A stretch of DNA of 64,000 bases, taken from assembly GCA_963699755.1 (NCBI GenBank), contig CAVOVB010000008.1:128001-192000 (forward strand). Reading direction: 5' to 3'. The translations under genes were made by a program, and so were the position numbers. This DNA comes from an uncultured delta proteobacterium. GTDB lineage: Bacteria; Myxococcota_A; Polyangia; Polyangiales; Houyiibacteriaceae. The notes below the pieces were generated by a model. That model did not search any database. It was not told where the DNA came from and saw only the letters and a program-made list of their open reading frames with translations. Shown here one piece after another: positions 18,182 to 26,532 of this stretch (position 1 is its first letter; every line of letters starts with the position of its first letter).

Positions 18182-21100
18182 CTAACCAGGACGCGCGCGT
18201 TCCGCGAACCACTTTCGGTACGTCTCCATCCGTGCTCGTTGCGCGTCCGAAGCGCGCCGCTTGCAGGTCCCTCGCTCCTCGGAGCCTTCCGGCGCCCCCC
18301 AGCGGATCTCGATGCAGTCGTTCGGGTTGTACGCGATCTCCATGGCTTCCATTCGTGCGACGAGGTCGGCCAAGCTGAGCTTCCACACGCTGCCATCCGA
18401 TCGCCGGTACTCGAAAGCTCTTTTCTCGAGCTCCGCCCGGAGCACCGCGCGAACCTGCTGCTCAGCTTCTTCCCGATCCGCTTCTCGGATTCCGAAACGG
18501 TCCGGATGCGCCGCGACGCGGTCCGGGAAGGAGACCACTGCGTCGATGCTGATCAGCAGACGCATGTCGCGCGAAGGCGTCGAATAGTCCTCCCAGGGAC
18601 CCGTGGTCAGAAACAGAGCGGCGCCTCGTGGCATCTCGATCAGCGCGTAGCCTCGAGACTCCATGAAATCTTCTCCGTTTTGGACCGAGCTCAGTCTACG
18701 TTGCACCGACTCTTCGAGTGCGTCGACCAAGCTGCTTTGCATACGGACGGGATCGAGGGCTCGCGGGTTGATCAGGCCTTCCATGGCCGCATAGAAGTCG
18801 TCGGCGCTGCCTTTGTATTGCACATCGGACCAGGCTCGGGATCCGCCAGTCTTCAAGAGCTGATCGTTGCTTGTGATGCGCCACGGCTGCCGCGGGGGGG
18901 CGGCGTCGGTGTCAGTATCAGTATCAGTATCAGTGCCCCGGCTTGGCGCGTACCGAACCGGTCGCCAGCCCTTGAACCCCGCGCCAACGAGCTCGCTCTT
19001 GGGCGTGAACAGGAACGAGCCGCGCCAGAATCGTCGCCGACCGACGGTGCCGTCGGGTTGGGCATCGGCTCCGATCAAGACGCCGTAGTCGTTGACCCCT
19101 TGTGGTTTCCAACGCGCCACGACCAGCACGTGGCCGTACGGGTCGGCGAAGACGGTTCCCGGCCGGATGGCCTGTCGACTCAGGCGCAGCGGGTAGAGGT
19201 CGGTTTGGTCGTCACTGGGGAGGGTGCGCGGGCTCGACGAATGAACGGTACCGGCCATTCGTCGTACGAGCCTCCGAAACGCGCTAACGTCATCGCCGTC
19301 TGGCACAGAATCCAGGTTGCTGAGCACGGTGGGCTCGCAAAGCGGCGGCTCATCTTTGCGGCCGCGCGTGCACTCCCGATACACGAACGGCAGACGGAGC
19401 TTCCAGGCGAAGTAGGCGCGCAGAAAATAGGGCAGGTCGGCGCAATCGGGCTCCAGGTCGAGCCTCGCGTCTTCGCCTCTCGAGCGATAGTCGTAGAGCA
19501 GGTTTCGTTCGCGCTCGCCGATCAGCTCTTGAAGTCGAGTCCAGGTGACATCGTCGCCGCTCGGCTCACGAAACAGCTGCTCGACGAAGGCGGCAAAGAG
19601 GTTCTCAGTGTCGTCCTCCCACTTCGCGCTCGGCACCCAAGCGGGGCCGGGGGTGCTTCGTTTCGCAGGCGGCACAGGATGCTTTGCGACGCCTATCCGC
19701 TCGCAGGCTCGCACGAGGTCGCCGTCTGCGAGAAGAGCGGTCCACTGGCCCGCCTCCGGCTCCGGCACCTCCACCCATCGGCTGTAGGGAGGGCCGTCGA
19801 GCTCGTGTTGCTCCGGCTCGAGACGTGTCCCGTCCGGCTTGAAGAGCACCAGGGAAGAGAGGCCGGGGTCCCGCTCGCTCGTGACGACGACGCGCAGCGG
19901 CTGCGAGGAATCGGGTCGATGCGGCGATCGAAAGATCGCGCTGCGCTTGCTGTCCGAGCAGCGTCCGTCCGGAAGATACACCGGCGCGCTAGGGCGAAGC
20001 TCGGCGTCCGCGACCAGGGCCGGCCCCGGCGTGTTTCCGAACACGGTGATGCGCGTGACCCGGCTCAGGAAATCACGGCGCGAGCTCCCGGCGCCCAAGG
20101 ATAGGTCGCTGACGGTCACACGATCTACGCGGTTGATCGTCTCTAGCTCGACGCCGTCGCAGGGTGTCAGGTACTCGGAGAATGCATGGATGGCCATCGG
20201 CACGCCTTCTTCCGTCGTGCCGAGATAGAGCATGATGTGGCCGGGGAACTGGAGCAGCACGATTCCGCGACTCGCGGCAGCTTCGAGGAGCAGTCGCTTT
20301 TCGTTGAGGTCTTCGACGCCCGATACGTCGATGCTAAACGTGCCGGCCGCCGCTTGTCTTGCGCTGTGGCGCGGCAGGTCGATACCAAACGGCTCGAAGA
20401 CCTCGAGCACGAAGCGCGAGCAATCGTAGCCGCCGTCCTTGCCGCCCCAGCCGTATGGTTCGCCGAGCATCGAAAAGGCTTCGGTCAGGAGCTCGCGACG
20501 GGTGAATGGGCGAAGCGCGCGAGATTCGACCCTTGCTTCGACGGCGTCACGGTCGATCGGTGAGGAGAGCGCTTCGATTCGGACCCATCCGAGCGCGTAC
20601 GGCGTTCGCGCCAAATGCATCCCGTTCGGCCAGCGCGCCAAGACTTGGATCAGCTCGCCCTCACGCATGGTGCTACAGCGATTGCGGTCGAAATCCTCGT
20701 CGACGGGCTTCGTATAGAGCCCACCGTCGTAGGGACCGCAGTGAAGGGCTTGGAGCTTCTCTACGACTCTCCACTCGTCCGCCTGGTCGACCAGCCCGGA
20801 TGGAGCGAACGCAGCGACCGCGCCCGCTTCCAGTGGTTTGCCCTTGGCGTCGACGAGCTCGTCGCCCTCGAGCCGCCCCCTCATGTAGGCCAAGCGCTCA
20901 TCGATCTGCGCCTGCAGCGTATCCCGATCGATAGGCGCCAGTAGATCCGCCTGTCCGATGGCCTCGCCCTCCCTCGGCTCTCGAAGGGCAAGCCTGTGGC
21001 GCCGCACGGCCTCTCGGTCCATCAGTGGTTCGTCGAGCGGCCCGTATGCCTCGTTCCGGCTGAGCCAGTACTCGAGCGTCTCTTGCGCTGAAGATACATT

Positions 21101-21259
21101 CCCGGGGGGAATCTGGACTTTGCGCGTTTCGGGGCAGGAGTCCGGCCGTCGGACCCGCTGAGGCGCTCCTGGCGGCTCCCGGTCGCACCCCAGAAACGAA
21201 AGTAGACAGACAACCGCTCCAAAGGCCGCGCGCAGAGCTATGTGGGTGCGAGCATCCAT
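18182..21259 (-). CDS. Large lipoprotein: SH3 + NlpC/P60 peptidase fused to a second Cys/His papain-like domain
   Basis: Lipobox FLGC; PYGWGGKDGGYDCSRF, LPRHSARQ, GHIMLYLG, IHA; second set PDCADLPYFLRAYFAW and GHVLVV. Start taken at MDARTH. Confidence 0.82.
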   Translation of the reverse strand: MDARTHIALRAAFGAVVCLLSFLGCDREPPGAPQRVRRPDSCPETRKVQIPPGNVSSAQETLEYWLSRNEAYGPLDEPLMDREAVRRHRLALREPREGEAIGQADLLAPIDRDTLQAQIDERLAYMRGRLEGDELVDAKGKPLEAGAVAAFAPSGLVDQADEWRVVEKLQALHCGPYDGGLYTKPVDEDFDRNRCSTMREGELIQVLARWPNGMHLARTPYALGWVRIEALSSPIDRDAVEARVESRALRPFTRRELLTEAFSMLGEPYGWGGKDGGYDCSRFVLEVFEPFGIDLPRHSARQAAAGTFSIDVSGVEDLNEKRLLLEAAASRGIVLLQFPGHIMLYLGTTEEGVPMAIHAFSEYLTPCDGVELETINRVDRVTVSDLSLGAGSSRRDFLSRVTRITVFGNTPGPALVADAELRPSAPVYLPDGRCSDSKRSAIFRSPHRPDSSQPLRVVVTSERDPGLSSLVLFKPDGTRLEPEQHELDGPPYSRWVEVPEPEAGQWTALLADGDLVRACERIGVAKHPVPPAKRSTPGPAWVPSAKWEDDTENLFAAFVEQLFREPSGDDVTWTRLQELIGERERNLLYDYRSRGEDARLDLEPDCADLPYFLRAYFAWKLRLPFVYRECTRGRKDEPPLCEPTVLSNLDSVPDGDDVSAFRRLVRRMAGTVHSSSPRTLPSDDQTDLYPLRLSRQAIRPGTVFADPYGHVLVVARWKPQGVNDYGVLIGADAQPDGTVGRRRFWRGSFLFTPKSELVGAGFKGWRPVRYAPSRGTDTDTDTDTDAAPPRQPWRITSNDQLLKTGGSRAWSDVQYKGSADDFYAAMEGLINPRALDPVRMQSSLVDALEESVQRRLSSVQNGEDFMESRGYALIEMPRGAALFLTTGPWEDYSTPSRDMRLLISIDAVVSFPDRVAAHPDRFGIREADREEAEQQVRAVLRAELEKRAFEYRRSDGSVWKLSLADLVARMEAMEIAYNPNDCIEIRWGAPEGSEERGTCKRRASDAQRARMETYRKWFAERARPG
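18905..18934 (-). repeat. Hexanucleotide microsatellite encoding (TD)5
   Basis: gtcggt gtcagt atcagt atcagt atcagt on the + strand. Confidence 0.85.
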
Positions 21260-22176
21260 CGGAGAATTTGGTCTTCGACAGTACCCCCGGAGCCCAGCCC
21301 CAGGTCCACTTTCTCGGGAAAGCCGACGTGGCCCCCCCGCTCGGTAACGATCCGCCGGAGCCCCGGTGCATGGTGGAGCCAAGGCCGCACCGTGTCGATC
21401 GGTACCATCGGGTCGCGCTCGGTCGCGATGAAGAGGGTGGGGGTCCCGATGTCCCCGAGCACGCGGCATGAGCTGGTCTGCGCCCAGTAGTCTTCGGCGC
21501 CGGCGAATCCGTGACGCGGCGCGATGACCCGTTCGTCCCATTGCTCGATCGTATCGATGCGCAGGGCTTCCTTCAGGGGAAGAGGCACATCGCGTCGCGC
21601 TGCGACGTTGCGATAGATGTCCTTGAGCGCGTTCAAGATGTGTCGCCGATAAAACAGCCCTCGGGGTTGATCGATTGCGCGTGCACCTGGCTTCAAATCA
21701 ATCGGCGAGCACACGGTTGCTGCTGCGCGGACGCGAGGGTCGGGGCGCTCGGCGAGATAGCGAAGCACCATGTTGCCACCGAGCGAGTAGGCAAGCAGTA
21801 GGATCTTGTCATAGCCTGCGAGTGCCGGGCTTTGGAGCGCAGCATCGAGGTCGTCCGTGAGTCCGGCGTGGTAGTAGTCCGCCCCGCAGCGATCAGCGCC
21901 CCGAAGATTGAGCCTGAGGCTGTCGATGCCCGCGCGCGCAGCGGCAAGTGCCGCCTGTCGAGCATAGTAGCTGGTCGCGCTTCCTCCGAGCCCGTGCACG
22001 ATCACTACGATGGTGTCGGACCCACCGCTCTCGCTCAGTCGTCCACTGAGCTCGAGCGTGCCGACCACGCCATCCCGGAGGCTCGTCTCCCAACGTTGCC
22101 AGTCCGGAACCCTCGGCGGGAGCAGGTTATGACGAAGATACGGGCCGAGGGTCCAGAAGTGACCCTGCCAGCTCAT
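21238..22176 (-). CDS. YheT-like alpha/beta hydrolase
   Basis: GHFWTL, HGLGGS, NLRG, YHAGLTDDL, AYSLGGN (nucleophile Ser), RDPMVP, GGHVGF. Confidence 0.88.
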   Translation of the reverse strand: MSWQGHFWTLGPYLRHNLLPPRVPDWQRWETSLRDGVVGTLELSGRLSESGGSDTIVVIVHGLGGSATSYYARQAALAAARAGIDSLRLNLRGADRCGADYYHAGLTDDLDAALQSPALAGYDKILLLAYSLGGNMVLRYLAERPDPRVRAAATVCSPIDLKPGARAIDQPRGLFYRRHILNALKDIYRNVAARRDVPLPLKEALRIDTIEQWDERVIAPRHGFAGAEDYWAQTSSCRVLGDIGTPTLFIATERDPMVPIDTVRPWLHHAPGLRRIVTERGGHVGFPEKVDLGLGSGGTVEDQILRWMLAPT

Positions 22177-23120
22177 GAATCATTGGGCGTAAGCGCGGCG
22201 ACGGCCGGTTTCTGGGTTGCATCTTGGTGCCACGAGTAAAAGGGCGGTCGGTCCTTGCACATCGGTCGATCATCATCGGCGCAGTAAACCCGGACGTGGA
22301 AGTGGCTTCGGTGCGGTGCACCGCGCCTGGGCTGCGTGATCACGCGCTTGGCGCGCATCAGCAACTCGGGATTTGCACCCTCCTTCACAGCCCGATCGAG
22401 CAGGAGACGCTTGACCGCGTTCGAAACGAAGATGTGCTGCACGTCGGTCGTCGGGTGGCTGAGCAATGATTCGACTAGCGCCCAGTTCCGCGCGGCGTCG
22501 AACTTGTAGAGGTTGCCCCACTGCTTGCCGATCGCCTTACTGTTGAAGCTAACGAACAGGTGCACGTTCACCGGCGTCGCGCGTCGGTCGAGCATGTAGA
22601 AGCCTAGGTCGACATCGCGGCCGCTCTGGTGTGACACGTGCGGACGGAAACGGCCGCCGCCAACTCGCGACAGGTCACCGACCGTCAGCTCCGCGCGCGG
22701 ATACCGAAACGCAACCTCGTGTGCGGCGCGCTCGATCAAGCGAACGAGCTCGCCCGTGCCGTGACGGGTGTCCTGAGAACCGACCTTGACCTCGTAGTCT
22801 TTGCCGTCGTTGAGTCGCATTCCGAATCGAAGTAGGCCGCGATTCGGGTAGCCGACCGAAACGCTCGGGTTCGGCTCGATGTCCGACGGCGAAACGCTGC
22901 GTGGCATGCGTGCGATCTTCTCGAGGTCTGCGTCCGAAGGCTCGGCATGCGACTCGGCGTGTTGCGCTTCTCGAAGCACCGGGTTGTCGGTCATCGGAAG
23001 CTCGGCGGACGCAAAGGTGCCAAACGAACCCGACAGCCACACCAAAGATGTCGCGGTCAGAGCACAAATCCACGCCACTGCGCCAGATTGGTTCCTCTTC
23101 TGTGAATGCGGTTTCCCCAT
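22173..23120 (-). CDS. mepA: Penicillin-insensitive murein endopeptidase (MepA/M74-like)
   Basis: SVGYPNRGLL, GDLSRVGGG, HVSHQSGRDVD, HRSHFHVR. Confidence 0.85.
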   Translation of the reverse strand: MGKPHSQKRNQSGAVAWICALTATSLVWLSGSFGTFASAELPMTDNPVLREAQHAESHAEPSDADLEKIARMPRSVSPSDIEPNPSVSVGYPNRGLLRFGMRLNDGKDYEVKVGSQDTRHGTGELVRLIERAAHEVAFRYPRAELTVGDLSRVGGGRFRPHVSHQSGRDVDLGFYMLDRRATPVNVHLFVSFNSKAIGKQWGNLYKFDAARNWALVESLLSHPTTDVQHIFVSNAVKRLLLDRAVKEGANPELLMRAKRVITQPRRGAPHRSHFHVRVYCADDDRPMCKDRPPFYSWHQDATQKPAVAALTPNDS

Positions 23121-23267
23121 GTTCGCGAGGCCAAGTCTGGCCCGATTCCCCTCAAGTGCCAGTTTGCCCGTTCGGACACCCTTATGCCAAGGCTGAGAGC
23201 CCGTTCAGCGCGCGTTTTAGCGTGTTTCTTTATCGTTCCGAGGCCGTTCTGTGAAAAAAACGGGAAA

Positions 23268-23816
23268 TCAGCCGAGGGCAGGCTGCTGCTGCACTGCTTC
23301 TTCGCTGGGAATATCACCCGGAGGGGGTAGTTTCGCGCCGGTGAGGTAGCGCAAGAAAAGCCACCAAATCACGCCGAGACCCCAGACGAGACCGAGGACG
23401 ACACCACCATCGACGATCCCGCGCCAGGGCTGCGGCAAGGAACGGACCCACCAGATCAACAAGATGATGGTGACCACGAAAACCCAGCTCACCGTCATCT
23501 GGCGCCGCGTCGAGTGGAAGAGGCTCATGCAAAACGGGAGGGCGAGGATGAGCCACAGGGGACGTGGATTTTGGCCGAGATAGATCGCCCGAGACACCAC
23601 CCGGGGGGAGAACTTGAGTTGGAAACCCCGATAGCCTTCTAGATAGGCATTTGCGAGGAGCCAGCCGATGTAGATGGCCTTCTGACCGTCGCTCATCAGG
23701 CCCTGAGTCCAGGGCTCGAGCGCGAGCGGCGTGAGTCGCCAAATCGCCCGTCCCAGCAAGAGCGATACCCAGGCGATGCCCCAGGTTGCCGCTAGCTTTT
23801 CGACCCAAGGGCGCAT
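23268..23816 (-). CDS. Hypothetical multi-pass membrane protein
   Basis: About 5 TM segments; AYLEGYRGFQLKFSPRVVSRA and LPQPWRGIVDGGVV look like conserved motifs. Confidence 0.7.
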   Translation of the reverse strand: MRPWVEKLAATWGIAWVSLLLGRAIWRLTPLALEPWTQGLMSDGQKAIYIGWLLANAYLEGYRGFQLKFSPRVVSRAIYLGQNPRPLWLILALPFCMSLFHSTRRQMTVSWVFVVTIILLIWWVRSLPQPWRGIVDGGVVLGLVWGLGVIWWLFLRYLTGAKLPPPGDIPSEEAVQQQPALG

Positions 23817-23907
23817 CCTTGGCCGCGACGGTAGCAGCCTCGCATGCCTTGTCGACTTGCCCGACGGGCGCCCCGACGGCCATGCTCATTGGACCAGAGG
23901 AAACCAC

Positions 23908-26487
23908 TTGAACGACGAAACTTACGAGCTCGGCGAAGGAGACGAGTCGGCTGCCAAACCAAGTCGTCCGGGCCTGCCAGTCGAGCCGCGGCGCTTGTTC
24001 TGTATCGTCGCCGATCATCGACAGCGATTGCTCAAGGCGTTTTTGATCGCCTCTTCCGTTTCACTACTTGCTTCCTTCTTCGTGCCTCGAACCTTCGAGT
24101 CTTCCGCACAGCTCTTGTACGAAGGAACCGCCGAGCTGGGACCCGAGCACGCGCAATCCACGCCAGATGCTTTCATCGATGCAGCAATGGCGCCGAGCCG
24201 CCTTCGCGAAGTGCGTGAAAAGCTGGGCTGGGACGTTTCGCTCGAGGAGCTCGAAAACGACATCGACGTCACGCTCGAGGGCAAGGCGGCGATGCGGATT
24301 GCCGCCCGGGCATCGACTGCAGAACGCGCGCAAGCGCTTGCGCAAGCAGAGCTCGACGTGTTTCTTGCTCGGCAGGTGGTGTTCAATCGAGCGAAGCTCG
24401 AACGCCTCGCGGCGGAGAACGAAAGCTCGATCGAGCACGCGAAGAAGAGACGCAAAGATGCCACTGCAGCGTATGAGGCGTTTCGCCGGAAGAGCGGGAA
24501 GCCGGATCTGATCCAGGAGCAACAGGAGCTCTTGCAACGCGCCTCCGGGCTACGCTCCAAAGCCGATGAAGCATCGGTGGAAGTGGCATCTCAGCAGGCT
24601 CGCATCCAAGAGTTGGAGAAAGCGCAAGCAGAGCTACCCCGTCAAATCGTCGCGACTGCAACCAAGGGCTCACCCGTCGATACTCCCCTTGCACAGGCGC
24701 GCGCCGAGCTCGCCGCGGCTCGTTCCTCATTGAGCGACGAGCATCCGCGGGTGCAGGCGCTCCAACAGAGGGTCGCCAGCCTTCAAGCGCAGAGAAAGGG
24801 CGAGAAGTCCGAAATCAGCGGGCAAACCTTGGCCAGCAATCCCGCCCGAGCTGCAGTTGACCAGCAACTCGCAACGGCCCGGGCCGCACTAGCAGCAGCC
24901 AGGGAGCGAGAGTCTGCACTCCGCGTCCTCTTGAAGGCGGCGCAGGACGAAGCGGAGGCGCTTGCACCGGCGGAAGGCGAAGCACGACAGATATTGGGCG
25001 CGCTCGAGGCTGCCGAGCAGCGGCTCGAGGCGCTGACCGTGCGCGGCGCCAAGCTTCGAGACGCCGCTCTGAGGCCGCTGACCGGCTTTCGGGTCATGTC
25101 CGCTCCGATGGTGCCAGAAGAGTCGACTCTCTCGCCCAAATTCACTCTGTCTCTGGTTTTGCTGCCCGTGCTCACTGTTTTGGTCTTCGCGTTGGGGATC
25201 GTCGCACGCAGGTTGCGGACCCTCGAGGTGGAGGCTCCCCGGGAGGTCGCGTGGTGGGGAAATGGTCCGGTGCTGGGCACCACCGTATGGCCGCGCAATC
25301 CAGGTGCGCTCGAGGCCTTTGTGGCCGAGCTCGAAGACCACGGCGTGCGGGGTTACGGGCGAACGCTCGTCGTGCCCGCCACCGAAGCTGATCGCGAGAT
25401 TGCCTGCTCGTTTGCGATGCGCCTCGCCGATGCTCCTTGGTTGGCGGCCGCAATCTTGGATGTCGGGGAAAGAGCTGGCACGGCCCAAGGCACCGGACCC
25501 CTGGTGACTCCGACTCCCAATCCGCGGGCGCCACGCCTCACGCCTCCGACGGTTTCCGCGCCGAGGCGGCTTTCGTCGCAAGCGACACCGTCGGCTGGAC
25601 CGGGACGAAGGTGGTCGCCACGTCCCACGATTCAGGGCGTCGAGCCGCCGGCCGGCGGCTCGGTTTCTCCGCCGCCAGTCGTGACACCTCCCCCGCAGGC
25701 AGATGCAAGCCCCGGGGTCAAGACCGCGTACTCATCGAGGCCGCCGCGCAAGAAGACCATGATCGGCTTGCCCGCGGTCGAATCGTCCCGTCCGCCGAGA
25801 ATCTCGACGGGGCCCCCCAGCGCTGCATCGGTCCCTCCGATTACATCAGCCGAACCGCCGATACCTTTGGCGGCCCCAAAGCCGTTTCGCCGCAAGCGCG
25901 GTGCCAGGGCGACGGTGCGCATGATGGTGCCGGTCCGGGACGCAAGTATCTCCGCGGGCAGGTCCGCTGCGGGTGGTGCAGGCGTCGAAGAAGAAGCTTT
26001 CTTGTTGACACGCCCAGTCCCTGTGGACAGCGATCAAGCCCCCCCCCAAGAGGGGCGCGCGGCTCGCGCGAGCTCGGAATCACTGGAGGCCGCCGCGTCC
26101 GATGCGGTGATGCGTGCCGCGGTTCGCTTGCTCGGGGAAGGGGATGAAGACGTTCGCAGCCTCCGACGCTCGGCGGCTCCGGGGCCAATGACCGCGCCCC
26201 GGAATTCCGGAAGCGTCACCGGGGTTGCCCTGGCCTGGAACGGTCCCTTGAGCGGCCCGATCCTTCGCCGCGCCGCGCGTCTCGCGCATCGGGTGATGGT
26301 GGTCGTCTCCTCTGGCACGACCGTGATCGACCTCGCGCGCATCCAGACACGTCTGGGCCGCGAGAAGGGCGTCGGCTACGTGCTCGTCAACGTCGGCGAC
26401 GCTTACGTCGGCCTCCAAGACCGCGTCGGGCCCGTAGAGGAGTTCTGGGAGGGCGTCGGCGACGGCAAGGATTCGAGGCGGGCCTAG
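23908..26487 (+). CDS. Polysaccharide co-polymerase (Wzz/GumC/Wzc-like) with degenerate cytoplasmic kinase-like domain and long Pro-rich insert
   Basis: N-terminal TM then PRTFESSAQLL, long coiled coil with SDEHPRVQAL, RVMSAPMVP before TM2, PVLGT, and late VMVVVSSG...GYVLVN. TTG start after GAGG. Confidence 0.75.
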   Translation: MNDETYELGEGDESAAKPSRPGLPVEPRRLFCIVADHRQRLLKAFLIASSVSLLASFFVPRTFESSAQLLYEGTAELGPEHAQSTPDAFIDAAMAPSRLREVREKLGWDVSLEELENDIDVTLEGKAAMRIAARASTAERAQALAQAELDVFLARQVVFNRAKLERLAAENESSIEHAKKRRKDATAAYEAFRRKSGKPDLIQEQQELLQRASGLRSKADEASVEVASQQARIQELEKAQAELPRQIVATATKGSPVDTPLAQARAELAAARSSLSDEHPRVQALQQRVASLQAQRKGEKSEISGQTLASNPARAAVDQQLATARAALAAARERESALRVLLKAAQDEAEALAPAEGEARQILGALEAAEQRLEALTVRGAKLRDAALRPLTGFRVMSAPMVPEESTLSPKFTLSLVLLPVLTVLVFALGIVARRLRTLEVEAPREVAWWGNGPVLGTTVWPRNPGALEAFVAELEDHGVRGYGRTLVVPATEADREIACSFAMRLADAPWLAAAILDVGERAGTAQGTGPLVTPTPNPRAPRLTPPTVSAPRRLSSQATPSAGPGRRWSPRPTIQGVEPPAGGSVSPPPVVTPPPQADASPGVKTAYSSRPPRKKTMIGLPAVESSRPPRISTGPPSAASVPPITSAEPPIPLAAPKPFRRKRGARATVRMMVPVRDASISAGRSAAGGAGVEEEAFLLTRPVPVDSDQAPPQEGRAARASSESLEAAASDAVMRAAVRLLGEGDEDVRSLRRSAAPGPMTAPRNSGSVTGVALAWNGPLSGPILRRAARLAHRVMVVVSSGTTVIDLARIQTRLGREKGVGYVLVNVGDAYVGLQDRVGPVEEFWEGVGDGKDSRRA

Positions 26488-26493
26488 GCGCGC

Positions 26494-26507
26494 ATTGCGG
26501 CCGCAAT
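26494..26507. promoter_or_regulatory. Perfect 14-bp palindrome upstream of the mut operon (candidate operator)
   Basis: ATTGCGGCCGCAAT, 25 nt before the mutA start, upstream of a TAGCTT -10-like box. Confidence 0.4.
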
Positions 26508-26532
26508 CTCTCTAGTCTATCTAGCTTTCGCT

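Noticed and set aside
26039..26047. C9 homopolymer in the Wzc-like gene as a phase-variation switch
   Set aside because: The frame is intact, the run is short for a GC-rich genome and it lies in a Pro-rich region. No evidence without read data.
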